Assembly (NCBI GenBank): GCA_024695105.1
Contig: JAILIV010000050.1
Span: 6,721 to 70,720 of the forward strand
Reading direction: 5' to 3'
DNA length: 64,000 nucleotides
Origin: Bacilli bacterium
GTDB lineage: Bacteria > Bacillota_I > Bacilli_A > RFN20 > CAG-826
How positions within the stretch are numbered: the stretch's first letter is position 1; each line of letters begins with the position of its first letter. The translations under genes and the position numbers were made by a program. Below the pieces are notes generated by a model. That model was not told the DNA's origin, did no database searches, and saw only the letters and a list, made by a program, of their open reading frames with translations. This document shows positions 27,342 to 36,386 of this stretch, piece by piece.

Positions 27342-28218
27342 GTTTGCTCCCTTTCATGAACGCTTTAAGACGAGGCAATTGCCGCGTCATGACATCATGC
27401 CCCTGCTCGTATAGCCGCAAGAGACGATCGGTGTCCTTTTCCACCAGTTTCACCTCAGGCGGGACCTCTGGGTAAACGACAAAGGCAACGCCTTCGTCAT
27501 CCAAACGCTCCACTTCCGCAGCGTCGAGGTTGTATTGCTCGGCGCGCCTTTTGTATTCGACGAGGAACTGTTTGTACTTGCCATACATGCAACGCGCCAG
27601 AAACTGCTTAAACGGAGAGGATTTAACTTTCTTACGAAAACCTCTCTCCCTGGTTTCGATAACCACGATTTTGGAAAACCCTTCCTCGATGGGCTTCCGA
27701 AACGGAATGGCCGCTCCGACTCCGCCATCCAGATAAAGTTCCCCTTCCACGTCGACGGGACGTGCCAAAAGAGGAAGCGAGGAAGTGGCGGCAAGGGCTT
27801 TGTAAAACTCTTTGCAGACGCCTTTTTCCAAATATGCCGTTTTGCCGGACTTCATCTCGGTGGTCGCCACGACGAACTCCGAGGGGGAGGTATTAAACGC
27901 GGCGGAATTGAAGGGGTAGCGGGTTTTCGGCACCTCGTGGAACAGATAGATGAAATTGAAAATGCTCCCCCGGAACAAAAGGTTCCCAAAGGAAACGAAC
28001 TTTTTGTCCGAGATCAATTCGGTGGTGACGAATTTGCTCCGCCCGATGTCGCCCGAAAGGTAATTCACCCCATTCAAAGCCCCCGCGGAGGTCCCAATGA
28101 CATAGGGGAACGTGATTCCGTTTTCCATCAAAACGTCCAAAACGCCCGCGGTGAACGCGCCACGGGTTCCGCCTCCTTGAAGGACGAGTGCAATGTCTTG
28201 GGACGTGGCTTCTTTCAT
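27325..28218 (-). CDS. Patatin-like phospholipase
   Basis: Oxyanion GGGTRGAF, nucleophile elbow GTSAGA, and a DGG motif later (LYLDGGV). Confidence 0.85.
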   Translation of the reverse strand: MKEATSQDIALVLQGGGTRGAFTAGVLDVLMENGITFPYVIGTSAGALNGVNYLSGDIGRSKFVTTELISDKKFVSFGNLLFRGSIFNFIYLFHEVPKTRYPFNSAAFNTSPSEFVVATTEMKSGKTAYLEKGVCKEFYKALAATSSLPLLARPVDVEGELYLDGGVGAAIPFRKPIEEGFSKIVVIETRERGFRKKVKSSPFKQFLARCMYGKYKQFLVEYKRRAEQYNLDAAEVERLDDEGVAFVVYPEVPPEVKLVEKDTDRLLRLYEQGHDVMTRQLPRLKAFMKGSKHEQKR

Positions 28219-28227
28219 TACTTGGTA

Positions 28228-28256
28228 ATGATATTCGTTGGAAGGGGAAACCTCAA
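28228..28256 (-). promoter_or_regulatory. Candidate sigma-A promoter TTGAGG-N17-TATCAT, 9 nt upstream of the patatin ATG (leaderless type)
   Basis: The minus strand reads TTGAGGtttccccttccaacgaaTATCATtaccaagtaATG. No SD. Confidence 0.45.
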
Positions 28257-28283
28257 AGCCTTTCCAACTTAAAAGTTGGGGGT

Positions 28284-29180
28284 TTAATGTGCCAAGAAGA
28301 ACTCGTGGATGGCTTGGTTGGTCGCGACCGACTCTTCCAAGCGGAAGCCAATAACGTTATACACGTGCCCTACTTCTTTTCGCGCGTCGGCGATGAATTC
28401 AAACCGGTGTTCTATCCCTATTTCGTTGGAATCGTGGTCCAAATCCATGCTTTCCTGTTGCAGGAAATCGTTGGAACAAGAGCACAGATAGAAGGAGGTC
28501 TTTAATGAGGCGATGTGTTCCTTTGGGGAAAGCCGAAGGGCAAAGTTTGGGTCCGCGAATGACGGGCCGAACATGTATTTCCTTCCGCTTTTCGCCATCT
28601 CTTTCGTGTTCACGCACCGCACGAAATCGTAAACGGGGCAGCTTAACGCCATCGCCCGGAACCGAATGCCGCCCAAATCAAATCCAAGGCTCTCTTGCAA
28701 AGCGAGGTCATCCGCAAGTTCGGTAAGAAGCAACGCGAAATGCCCGCCGGCTGAATCCCCAATCAGATACAGGTTGCCAAGATCCAAGCCCAACTCCGAA
28801 GCGTGCGCACCAATGTAGCGCAGCCCAGCGCAAAGTTCCGCCACCTGTTCCTCGCAACCGTGGGTCCCGAGGTTTTGCTGATAGTCCAACAAAATGACGT
28901 TGTACCCCTTTTCCAAGAACACCGAAGCGAACGCGAAGTTGTTCTTGCGGTCGCCATAAATATAGGCGCCGCCGTGAATATCGATGATGGTCTTCCCGCT
29001 TCGTTTCTCTGGGGCGGCGTAAAAGATATCCATTTGATGGTAGAAATCCCCGTCGCCAATGACGTCGACGTCCCTCTGAGAGACATACACGTCCATGCTC
29101 GGCCAATCTTCTTTTTTCTTATCGTCGGACTTCTTTAGGAAGTGCCGCGTTAACCGCAAAACGAATCGACCGATTTTCAT
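28284..29180 (-). CDS. Alpha/beta hydrolase (esterase/lipase, HSL-like)
   Basis: HGGAYIYGD oxyanion motif and GDSAGGH nucleophile. I chose start ATG 29180 (MKIGRF) because it makes an ATGA overlap with the upstream HAD stop. The ORF-track extension was rejected. Confidence 0.8.
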   Translation of the reverse strand: MKIGRFVLRLTRHFLKKSDDKKKEDWPSMDVYVSQRDVDVIGDGDFYHQMDIFYAAPEKRSGKTIIDIHGGAYIYGDRKNNFAFASVFLEKGYNVILLDYQQNLGTHGCEEQVAELCAGLRYIGAHASELGLDLGNLYLIGDSAGGHFALLLTELADDLALQESLGFDLGGIRFRAMALSCPVYDFVRCVNTKEMAKSGRKYMFGPSFADPNFALRLSPKEHIASLKTSFYLCSCSNDFLQQESMDLDHDSNEIGIEHRFEFIADARKEVGHVYNVIGFRLEESVATNQAIHEFFLAH

Positions 29181-29950
29181 AAGACCCCATATTTTTCCAA
29201 GGCCACGGTGAGACCATCGTCCACGATCGCGGGGCTGACATAGTCGGCTTCGGCCTTGGCCTCTTCTTTTCCGTTTCCCACGCATACGAAGATCGCGCTA
29301 TCGCCCATCGTGATGTCTTGCACGTCATCGCCAAAACCCAAAACCTCGTCACGGCTAAGGGCAAGTTCCTTGGTAATGTAAGCGATGCCGTCTCCTTTGC
29401 GGTGCGGTTCTTCGCTGATATCCACGGCGTATGGATGGAATCGATATAAATTCAGTCCAGGAACTTCTTTTTCGACATGTGCGTCATATTCTTCCGGAGC
29501 GAAAAGCAGCGCGCCGGTCACGCCTTCCCCCAAATACGGATGCACCGGTGGCACGGAATCGCTATAAGTGCCGTGATAGTTTTCCAAGAACGTATCCCCA
29601 GGGGCGATTAAGAAACGGGTGCGGGCCGTAACAAGTTCCATCGTAAGATGGTTCTTCTTCGCCAAGCGGCATAGCTTCCGAACCTTGGTTTTATCCATCG
29701 TCAAGTTACGTAAAGTCCGACGCCCTAGCGTCACGAAGGCGCCGCAATTGGAAATGACGCCATTCCAATGGATGCCCAAATCAAAGACGCCGAATTCCTT
29801 CAATGACGCATAAGGCCTTGCAGAGCATATGAAAACTTTCACGCCTTTTTTCGCGATGCGTTTTATCGCTTCGATTCCCGAGGAAACAAACGTCTCCGTA
29901 GGCCAATCGTAAAGCGTGTTATCCACGTCGAAGAACGCTGCCTTAATCAT
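29177..29950 (-). CDS. Cof-type HAD-IIB phosphatase
   Basis: FFDVDNTL motif I and C-terminal GDDVQD. Start ATG 29950 (MIKAAFFD). Confidence 0.8.
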   Translation of the reverse strand: MIKAAFFDVDNTLYDWPTETFVSSGIEAIKRIAKKGVKVFICSARPYASLKEFGVFDLGIHWNGVISNCGAFVTLGRRTLRNLTMDKTKVRKLCRLAKKNHLTMELVTARTRFLIAPGDTFLENYHGTYSDSVPPVHPYLGEGVTGALLFAPEEYDAHVEKEVPGLNLYRFHPYAVDISEEPHRKGDGIAYITKELALSRDEVLGFGDDVQDITMGDSAIFVCVGNGKEEAKAEADYVSPAIVDDGLTVALEKYGVL

Positions 29951-31685
29951 TGCCACCCTCCGGGAATCGCAAAAGTTCATTCAGCGCCTTCATCTCACGC
30001 GGAGGCACTTTCACTACCTTGCGGTCATAGGTGACCAAGCCGTTGGTTTCCGCCTCAACGTCGCTTAGTTGGGTATACACCACCACGGAAAGCCCATTCT
30101 CCCTTTGGGGAAGGATCTGCTCTTGGTAAAGCCTCTTCACTGCCTTCGTCAAGCCGGAAAGGTCGTGATAATACTTATACGTCGTGCGCTTTTTCGTCTC
30201 GCAATGCCCTTCGATGACCAGCGAATACGCGCCGCATTCCGAAACCGAAAGGATCCGTTTGTCGTCTCCTTTGAGGTTGATTTTCCGGAAATACACATGG
30301 CGTGAATCAAAATCACCTGCGCCTTGGTCGAACCAGCCTGACGTGGAGTCCACAAGTCTCGTGGGATCTAGCTCCTTTAATCGGCCCGTAAGCCGAACGG
30401 AATCGAATTGGCCCCACCCTTCATTGAAAAGCGTCCAAACCGCGATGCAAGGGACGTTATAAAGCCGGTCGACCACGGCGGACATGCTCTCTTCAAACGC
30501 CGCCCGAGACTCTGGCCTCCCAACGCCCAACCACGAATGTTTGGTGGTGTCATCGATTTTTAGACGGAAGAAAGGAGCGAGGATGAAAAGCCCTAGTTTC
30601 ACAGGGTCGCCCACGTTCACGAAGTCCTGGATGACGATGAGCCCAAGGCGATCGCAATGGTAATACCAACGCATGGGCTCGATCTTGATGTGCTTGCGCA
30701 CCATGTTGAAACCCATGTCCTTGAGCATCCGCAAATCGGCCAGAATCGCTTCGTCGGAAGCCGCGGTCAAACCGCCATCGGAATAATAGCCTTGGTCCAA
30801 TACGCCCGTGAGGAAAAAGGGTTTGTTGTTCAAAGCGAAGACGGGATGGCCGCGATGTTGGGTTACCGAGAACTTACGCATCGCGAAATAGCTTTGGATG
30901 TGGTCGGAATTCACCGTCACGTCTAAGTCGTAAAGGAAGGGGTCCTCGGGAGTCCATGGCTTAAAATCCCGCGCCACGTCAAGCGTGCATTCCGCATTCG
31001 AATTCAATTCCCCGGAAGCGATCTCGTTTCCGCGGACCAAAACGGAAACCTTCGAAGACGTAACCCTGCCTTCGAACTGAACCTTCAGATAGACTTTGCG
31101 TTCATCGAATAGCGGCGTGACACGAATCGATTGGATGACCTGATTGGGTACCGACTCGATCCACACATCGCCCCAAATACCCGAAGTGGCATGGTACCAA
31201 ATGCCATGAGGACGAAGGGACTGCTTCCCCCGAGGGAAAAACGGGGAAGCGGTATCGTCAAGCACGTCCACCAATATTTCGTTTTCTCCTGGCTTTAGTT
31301 CCATGCAATCCGCGGTAAAAGGAAGGTAGCCATTCTCGTGATGTGCGATTTTGATGCCATTAAGGAAAACGTCGCACACTTGGTCAATGGCCTCAAAGTG
31401 AATCAAAACCCTTCCGCGGTTAAACCCATCTGGAAGCGTGAACCTCTTCCGATAATGCATGATTTGGCCGGGTTTCACCGTTCCCTGCAGACCCGAAAGC
31501 TCGGATTCGACCGCGAACGGAACCACGATGTCGTACGGATAGGAAAAATGGTTGTTCGGATCATCGTCCAAACAAAAATCCCATATCCCATTCAAAGACA
31601 AGAAGGAGTCGCGTTGGAATTGGGGGGTTGGGTATTCGGGCCGGGGGTGTTCCCGGTCCATTTTCTTCCCTTCGACGGTCAACAT
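29943..31685 (-). CDS. Glycoside hydrolase family 2 protein
   Basis: GH2 layout (N-terminal sugar-binding domain, Ig-like domain, TIM barrel) with the acid/base region WTLFNEGWG. ATG 31685 is preceded by TGATACAAT. An alternative ATG lies at 31661. Confidence 0.8.
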   Translation of the reverse strand: MLTVEGKKMDREHPRPEYPTPQFQRDSFLSLNGIWDFCLDDDPNNHFSYPYDIVVPFAVESELSGLQGTVKPGQIMHYRKRFTLPDGFNRGRVLIHFEAIDQVCDVFLNGIKIAHHENGYLPFTADCMELKPGENEILVDVLDDTASPFFPRGKQSLRPHGIWYHATSGIWGDVWIESVPNQVIQSIRVTPLFDERKVYLKVQFEGRVTSSKVSVLVRGNEIASGELNSNAECTLDVARDFKPWTPEDPFLYDLDVTVNSDHIQSYFAMRKFSVTQHRGHPVFALNNKPFFLTGVLDQGYYSDGGLTAASDEAILADLRMLKDMGFNMVRKHIKIEPMRWYYHCDRLGLIVIQDFVNVGDPVKLGLFILAPFFRLKIDDTTKHSWLGVGRPESRAAFEESMSAVVDRLYNVPCIAVWTLFNEGWGQFDSVRLTGRLKELDPTRLVDSTSGWFDQGAGDFDSRHVYFRKINLKGDDKRILSVSECGAYSLVIEGHCETKKRTTYKYYHDLSGLTKAVKRLYQEQILPQRENGLSVVVYTQLSDVEAETNGLVTYDRKVVKVPPREMKALNELLRFPEGGND

Positions 31686-31691
31686 CGCCTA

Positions 31692-31700
31692 ATTGTATCA
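31692..31700 (-). promoter_or_regulatory. Extended -10 (TGATACAAT) 6 nt upstream of the GH2 ATG; leaderless type
   Basis: The minus strand reads ttTGATACAATtaggcgATGttg. Confidence 0.45.
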
Positions 31701-31752
31701 AAGTCCCTCACTTCGTGTTGCCTTAAGGAGTGCCTTTCTTTAAGAAGGCGAC

Positions 31753-31758
31753 TAAGAT
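31753..31758 (+). promoter_or_regulatory. -10-like TAAGAT 7 nt upstream of peptidase ATG 31766; leaderless type
   Basis: gacTAAGATaaaacccATGacg. The AAGGAG at 31725-31730 abuts GTG 31730 with zero spacing and so is unlikely to act as an SD. Confidence 0.35.
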
Positions 31759-31765
31759 AAAACCC

Positions 31766-32956
31766 ATGACGAACATCCAAAGCGCAAAAGAATTCATCCA
31801 CCAAAGCAATGCCGATGCATGGATTGCGGTAGATTACGAGAACAAGAATCCCGCCGTGGCCCACTTCCTTGGGAAGAAGATGCTGACGCGGAAACTCTTC
31901 CTGGTCATCCCAGCCCAGGGGATGCCCTACATCATCTGTCACGTCATCGATCGGGTTTATCTCGACGTGGCCGAAATCACGGAAACGTTCCAGCTGCGCC
32001 CATACAAGACCTGGCAGGAAATGCTCAACTTGGCCAAGGCTAGTTTCGCAACGTATCGGTGCGCGCTTATGGATATCAGCGAAAAAGGGTTATTGCCCAA
32101 TGTCAGCCACGCAGATTACGGGACGGTCCGATTCGTGGAAAGCCTGGGAATCCAAGTGAAACCTTCCGCGGATTTGTTGCAAAGATTTACGGCAATTTTG
32201 AATGAAAAAGCCCTGCAATCGCAAAAGAAAGCCTGCAAAGCGTGCTTAGAAATTAAAGATGAAGCATTTCGTTTTATCGCTATGGAAATCCGCAAAAACG
32301 GACAAACCACAGAATATGAAGTGCAACGTTTTATCGTGAATCGGTTCCGCCAAGAGGGGATGGTTTTCGACGAGGCGCCCATCGTGGCGATTGGGCCCAA
32401 CGCATCCAACCCCCATTACGCCCCAACGGAAAACACATTCTCGCCCATCCGCGAGGGCGACCTCGTGCTCATCGACATGTGGGCCAAATACGAAGAGGAA
32501 GGCTCTGTTTACGCAGACATCACCTGGATGGGCTTCGTCGGAGAATCCGTCCCGGAGCAATTCGCCTCTCGATTTGAAATCATTCGAGCCGCCCGCGATG
32601 CGGCGATCGCTTTCCTTCGCTATGAATTGCCCAACCGACCTGTTCAGGCATGGGAAGCCGATGCCATCGCCCGGAAGGTCATTGAAAAGGCCGGGTATGG
32701 GCAATACTTCACCCATCGCCTCGGCCATAGCATCTATTCCAACGAATCACCCCATGGGCCTGGAGCCAATCTAGACGACTACGAATCCCATGACACGCGG
32801 ATTCTTTTGGATGGAACTTCCTTCTCCGACGAACCCGGGATCTATGCCCCCGATTTCGGTATGCGCACCGAAACCGATCTCCACATTCAAAACGGGCAGT
32901 TACTCGTATTGGGCGGATTGCAAGAGAAGATCGTCCCGATTCTCGCGTTGCCTTAA
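31766..32956 (+). CDS. M24-family Xaa-Pro aminopeptidase/dipeptidase
   Basis: Pita-bread metal ligands in context (DMWA..., HRLGHSI, SDEPGIY, E...D). Start ATG 31766 is preferred, with GTG 31730 as the alternative. Confidence 0.8.
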   Translation: MTNIQSAKEFIHQSNADAWIAVDYENKNPAVAHFLGKKMLTRKLFLVIPAQGMPYIICHVIDRVYLDVAEITETFQLRPYKTWQEMLNLAKASFATYRCALMDISEKGLLPNVSHADYGTVRFVESLGIQVKPSADLLQRFTAILNEKALQSQKKACKACLEIKDEAFRFIAMEIRKNGQTTEYEVQRFIVNRFRQEGMVFDEAPIVAIGPNASNPHYAPTENTFSPIREGDLVLIDMWAKYEEEGSVYADITWMGFVGESVPEQFASRFEIIRAARDAAIAFLRYELPNRPVQAWEADAIARKVIEKAGYGQYFTHRLGHSIYSNESPHGPGANLDDYESHDTRILLDGTSFSDEPGIYAPDFGMRTETDLHIQNGQLLVLGGLQEKIVPILALP

Positions 32957-33216
32957 TCGCTAAGGCGCACGATTAACTGTTGGATTTCTTTGATTTTTTG
33001 ATCGATCTCTTCCTCGTTGGAAGCGTCTTTAAGGCAGTGTTCCAAATGAGCGGAAAGCACAATGGCGTTCAACCGTTTTAACAAAGCGGAAGTCGCCATA
33101 ATTTGGTTGGAGACGTCGATGCAATAAGCGTCTTCCTCCACCATCTTAAGCAAGCCATCGATTTGGCCACGGGCAATCTTAAGCTGGCGGGAGACCGTCG
33201 CATGATCGGCCTTCAT
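32953..33216 (-). CDS. csoR: CsoR-family copper-sensing repressor
   Basis: 87-aa all-helical protein with the C...H...C signature (YCIDV; HLEHC). Last gene of the cop operon. Confidence 0.85.
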   Translation of the reverse strand: MKADHATVSRQLKIARGQIDGLLKMVEEDAYCIDVSNQIMATSALLKRLNAIVLSAHLEHCLKDASNEEEIDQKIKEIQQLIVRLSD

Positions 33217-33437
33217 GGAACCACCTCGACGAGTTTGTAACCAGCGCCTTCAATCGCGGCGCGATACACCTCTTCCGAGAGTTCGCCGGAAACTTTGACG
33301 TTCACGGTCTTAAGGTCAGATTCCACTTTGGCGGCTTTCACGCCTTCAAGTTTGCATAAAGCGTCTTGGACATGGGCGGCGCAATGGCCACACATCATCC
33401 CCTCGACGATGAGCGTTTGTTTTTTGGTCCCAAACAT
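33213..33437 (-). CDS. copZ: Copper chaperone CopZ
   Basis: HMA domain with MCGHC. Confidence 0.9.
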   Translation of the reverse strand: MFGTKKQTLIVEGMMCGHCAAHVQDALCKLEGVKAAKVESDLKTVNVKVSGELSEEVYRAAIEGAGYKLVEVVP

Positions 33438-33439
33438 GT

Positions 33440-35764
33440 TTATTCCTCCTTTGTTTGAATTCCCTTAAAAAATCGAAGCCGTAGAGCGTTGAGTACCACG
33501 GTAACCGACGACAAAGACATTGCGAATGACCCAATCATCGGAGTCAAAACCAAATGGGCTTGCGAACCCGTAAACCAATTAGGCTCCACCGCCACCGCGT
33601 AAAAGGCACCGGCGGCAAGCGGGATAAGAATGACGTTATACAGAAAAGCCCAAGTAAGGTTTTGTTTGATGTTTCGCACAACCTTGGCGCTTAAGGCGAA
33701 TGCGCTGGCAACGTCCAAGGGATCATTCCGCCCCAAAACAATATCGCTGGACTCAATGGCGATTTCCGTACCAGCGCCTATGGCAACGCCCACATCGGCG
33801 CGCGTTAAAGCCGGAGCGTCGTTGATGCCGTCACCGACAAAAGCGACAGAACGTCCGCTTTCTTGAATCTGGCGGACGATTTGTTCCTTTTGGTCCGGTA
33901 AAACGCCTGCGTGAACCTCGTCGATACCCAAATTGGAAGCGATGGCGCGCGCAGTCTTCTCGTTATCTCCGGTGACCATGGCAACTTGTTTTCCCATCTT
34001 CTTTAGGGACTCCACGGCTGCGCGGGCATGCTTTTTGGCTTCGTCCGTCACCGAAATAAGGCCGATGGCTTGGTTCCCACGCATGATCACAAGGGCCGTT
34101 TCCCCCGCTTCCTGACGTTGTTCCAACTCTGAAAGGACCTTCGGCCCAACGGAACCATTCTCGAGGGCAAACGGCAGGTTCCCTATTGCGTAGGACGACC
34201 CACGCACGCCCTTGCCGGGGACGTTTTCGAAATCTAACGAACGTTCAAATTCGATCCCTTGTTCTTTCGCATATCGGACGATGGCTTTAGAAATGGGGTG
34301 TTCCGAACAAGACTCCACGCCCGCGACGTCGGACAAAACGCAATGCACGTCCTCATTAAACACAAGGAAATCCTTTACGCGCATCTCTCCTTTCGTCAAC
34401 GTACCGGTCTTATCAAAAAGCACGACGTCCACCTTAGAAGAACGTTCAAAGGCCTCCGCGGATTTGATCAATATGCCATGCTCCGCCCCAATGCCCGTCC
34501 CGACCATGATCGCAACAGGAGTGGCTAAGCCAAGAGCGCACGGGCAGGAAATGACGAGCACCGAAACGGCCAGTTGAATTGATAGGTTCCAGTCCGGACG
34601 CGTAGAAGAAACAACGCCAAACCCGGAAAGAAGCATCCACAGCGTAAACGTAATCAAACTAATGACGATGACGGAGGGGACGAAAATGGCAGAGATGCGG
34701 TCCGCAAGGCGCGCCATTGGGGCCTTGGAATCGCTCGCTTCCTGAACTAGATCCACGATTTTAGAGATCGTCGTGTCGCGCCCCACCTCCGTAACGCGAA
34801 AAAGGAATGAACCCTCTTTATTCGTCGTCCCCGCGACGACTTTGTCCCCTTCTTTTTTATAAACGGGGACAGATTCTCCGGAAATCGCGGACTGATCCAC
34901 GCTGCCATAGCCCGACAGGACAACACCATCCACGGGAATCGTCATGCCTGGCTTAATCACAACCGTCTCGTCTTCCAGGATCGCTTCCGTTTGGACTTCC
35001 GTTTCTTCACCGCCACGCAAAACAATCGCAACATCAGGCGTCAAAGCCATCAATGAAGCGATGGACGCTGTCGTTTTGCTTGTCGCGCGTGCTTCAAAAT
35101 ACTTCCCGAGGGAAATAAACGTTGGGATCATCGCCGCGGATTCGAAATAGATGTTCATGGAATACCGCATGACCGCCTCCGCGTCGGAAGAGGCAAGCGC
35201 AACGATCATCGAAACATAAATATATAAGCCATATAAAGTGGCTGCCGTAGAACCAAGCGCAACCAAAGAATCCATGTTCGGATGCAATTTGCCCAGCGCA
35301 CGGAACCCCGAAACAAAATGGGCGCGGTTCAAAATAAATATAGGGACGAGCAAAACAAGCTGCGCGGTGACGTTCCCAAAACAAATAAAGGGCATATATG
35401 GGGAAGCGTCGATGGCCGCCATGACCGGCGGGATCATCGGCCCCATGGAAAACACCATCAATAACGCGAGAAACCCAAGACTCCAAAGGACATTGCGCAA
35501 CGAAGTGGCCAACGCCTTTTCGCGCTTGGCCTGAATCTGGCGCACGGATTCGTTTATATAAATGCTGCAGCCATATCCAGCCGATTCAACGCTGGAAATG
35601 ATGGTTTGGTCGTCGACTTTCGACTCATCGAACTCCACGACCATGGATTTGCCCAATAACGAAACGTTCGCGCTTTCCACGCCATCTATTTTGCTTACGG
35701 CGCGGGCCACGTTCGCTTGGCAAGCCGCGCACATCATTCCACGGACATCGTACTTCTTTTTCAT
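33440..35764 (-). CDS. copA: Copper-translocating P1B-type ATPase CopA
   Basis: N-terminal HMA (GMMCAACQ), CPC in the TM region (SCPCALGLATP), DKTGT phosphorylation site, GDGINDAP. Start ATG 35764 (MKKKYDV); the ORF-track extension was rejected. Confidence 0.95.
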   Translation of the reverse strand: MKKKYDVRGMMCAACQANVARAVSKIDGVESANVSLLGKSMVVEFDESKVDDQTIISSVESAGYGCSIYINESVRQIQAKREKALATSLRNVLWSLGFLALLMVFSMGPMIPPVMAAIDASPYMPFICFGNVTAQLVLLVPIFILNRAHFVSGFRALGKLHPNMDSLVALGSTAATLYGLYIYVSMIVALASSDAEAVMRYSMNIYFESAAMIPTFISLGKYFEARATSKTTASIASLMALTPDVAIVLRGGEETEVQTEAILEDETVVIKPGMTIPVDGVVLSGYGSVDQSAISGESVPVYKKEGDKVVAGTTNKEGSFLFRVTEVGRDTTISKIVDLVQEASDSKAPMARLADRISAIFVPSVIVISLITFTLWMLLSGFGVVSSTRPDWNLSIQLAVSVLVISCPCALGLATPVAIMVGTGIGAEHGILIKSAEAFERSSKVDVVLFDKTGTLTKGEMRVKDFLVFNEDVHCVLSDVAGVESCSEHPISKAIVRYAKEQGIEFERSLDFENVPGKGVRGSSYAIGNLPFALENGSVGPKVLSELEQRQEAGETALVIMRGNQAIGLISVTDEAKKHARAAVESLKKMGKQVAMVTGDNEKTARAIASNLGIDEVHAGVLPDQKEQIVRQIQESGRSVAFVGDGINDAPALTRADVGVAIGAGTEIAIESSDIVLGRNDPLDVASAFALSAKVVRNIKQNLTWAFLYNVILIPLAAGAFYAVAVEPNWFTGSQAHLVLTPMIGSFAMSLSSVTVVLNALRLRFFKGIQTKEE

Positions 35765-35766
35765 AT

Positions 35767-35783
35767 ATACCCCCCAGGGGTAT
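35767..35783. promoter_or_regulatory. Putative CsoR operator
   Basis: ATACCCC-nnn-GGGGTAT inverted repeat ending 3 nt upstream of the copA ATG. It resembles the GC-rich TACCC...GGGGTA CsoR boxes known from Firmicutes. Confidence 0.6.
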
Positions 35784-35827
35784 TCTAATGGTAACAACGG
35801 CGCCTTTGTCCCGCAATGGATATGCAC

Positions 35828-35861
35828 CAAAAGAAAACGGTGGCAGGGAGAGCCACCGTTT
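35828..35861 (-). terminator. Rho-independent terminator after hsp20
   Basis: Minus strand: AAACGGTGGC-tctccct-GCCACCGTTT followed by tcttttgg. Confidence 0.75.
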
Positions 35862-35895
35862 CCAACGAAAACCGTTTTGCGCGATACGTGCGTCG

Positions 35896-36303
35896 TTATT
35901 TGATCTCGACTTTAAACGGTTTGGCCTCTTCGGGAACAACCTTGGGGGCGACAATGGTGAGCACGCCGTCTTTATAGCTGGCGTTAATGCTCTTCTCGTC
36001 GATATCGCCGAGATAGAACTGGCGGGAGGTTTCGCCGGCGAAGCGCTCGCGACGCACCAAGGCATATTCCTCGTCCTTCGTGGCCTCCGACTTCACGGAT
36101 ACGGTGAGGTAGCCTTCTTTGAAGTCGATGTTGATGTTTTCCTTGGCAAAGCCAGGGATGTCCATCTCAAGGCGATAGGCCTTTTCAGACTCGTAGACGT
36201 CGGTTTTCATGGGGAGGTAGCCAACGTTATGGGCTTCCTTTCCGAAGAAGGCTTCGAAGAACGGATCGAAGTACGATTTGTTTTGGCAGAGATTGTAGGT
36301 CAT
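35896..36303 (-). CDS. Small heat-shock protein (Hsp20/alpha-crystallin family)
   Basis: Alpha-crystallin domain (DVYESEKAYRLEMDIPG...YKDGVLTIVAPK). SD AAAGGAGC. Confidence 0.9.
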   Translation of the reverse strand: MTYNLCQNKSYFDPFFEAFFGKEAHNVGYLPMKTDVYESEKAYRLEMDIPGFAKENINIDFKEGYLTVSVKSEATKDEEYALVRRERFAGETSRQFYLGDIDEKSINASYKDGVLTIVAPKVVPEEAKPFKVEIK

Positions 36304-36327
36304 AAGTGATGCTCCTTTCGATCACAT

Positions 36328-36354
36328 TTAGCACTCGTACTGCTTAAGTGCTAA
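36328..36354. promoter_or_regulatory. CIRCE element 1 (HrcA operator), promoter-proximal
   Basis: TTAGCACTC-N9-AAGTGCTAA, against the consensus TTAGCACTC-N9-GAGTGCTAA. It lies between the -10 box and the SD of hsp20. Confidence 0.8.
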
Positions 36355-36358
36355 CTAC

Positions 36359-36386
36359 ACTATAGACCTCTTTTTAGCAGTGTCAA
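36359..36386 (-). promoter_or_regulatory. Sigma-A promoter of hsp20 (TTGACA-N16-TATAGT)
   Basis: The minus strand reads gtgTTGACActgctaaaaagaggtcTATAGTgtag. The -35 lies inside CIRCE element 2. Confidence 0.7.

Noticed and set aside
27325-28218. Patatin-like phospholipase as an effector of a CBASS-type or other defence system
   Set aside because: No cyclase, sensor or other defence-associated partner gene is adjacent. Its neighbours are rluD-like and esterase genes.
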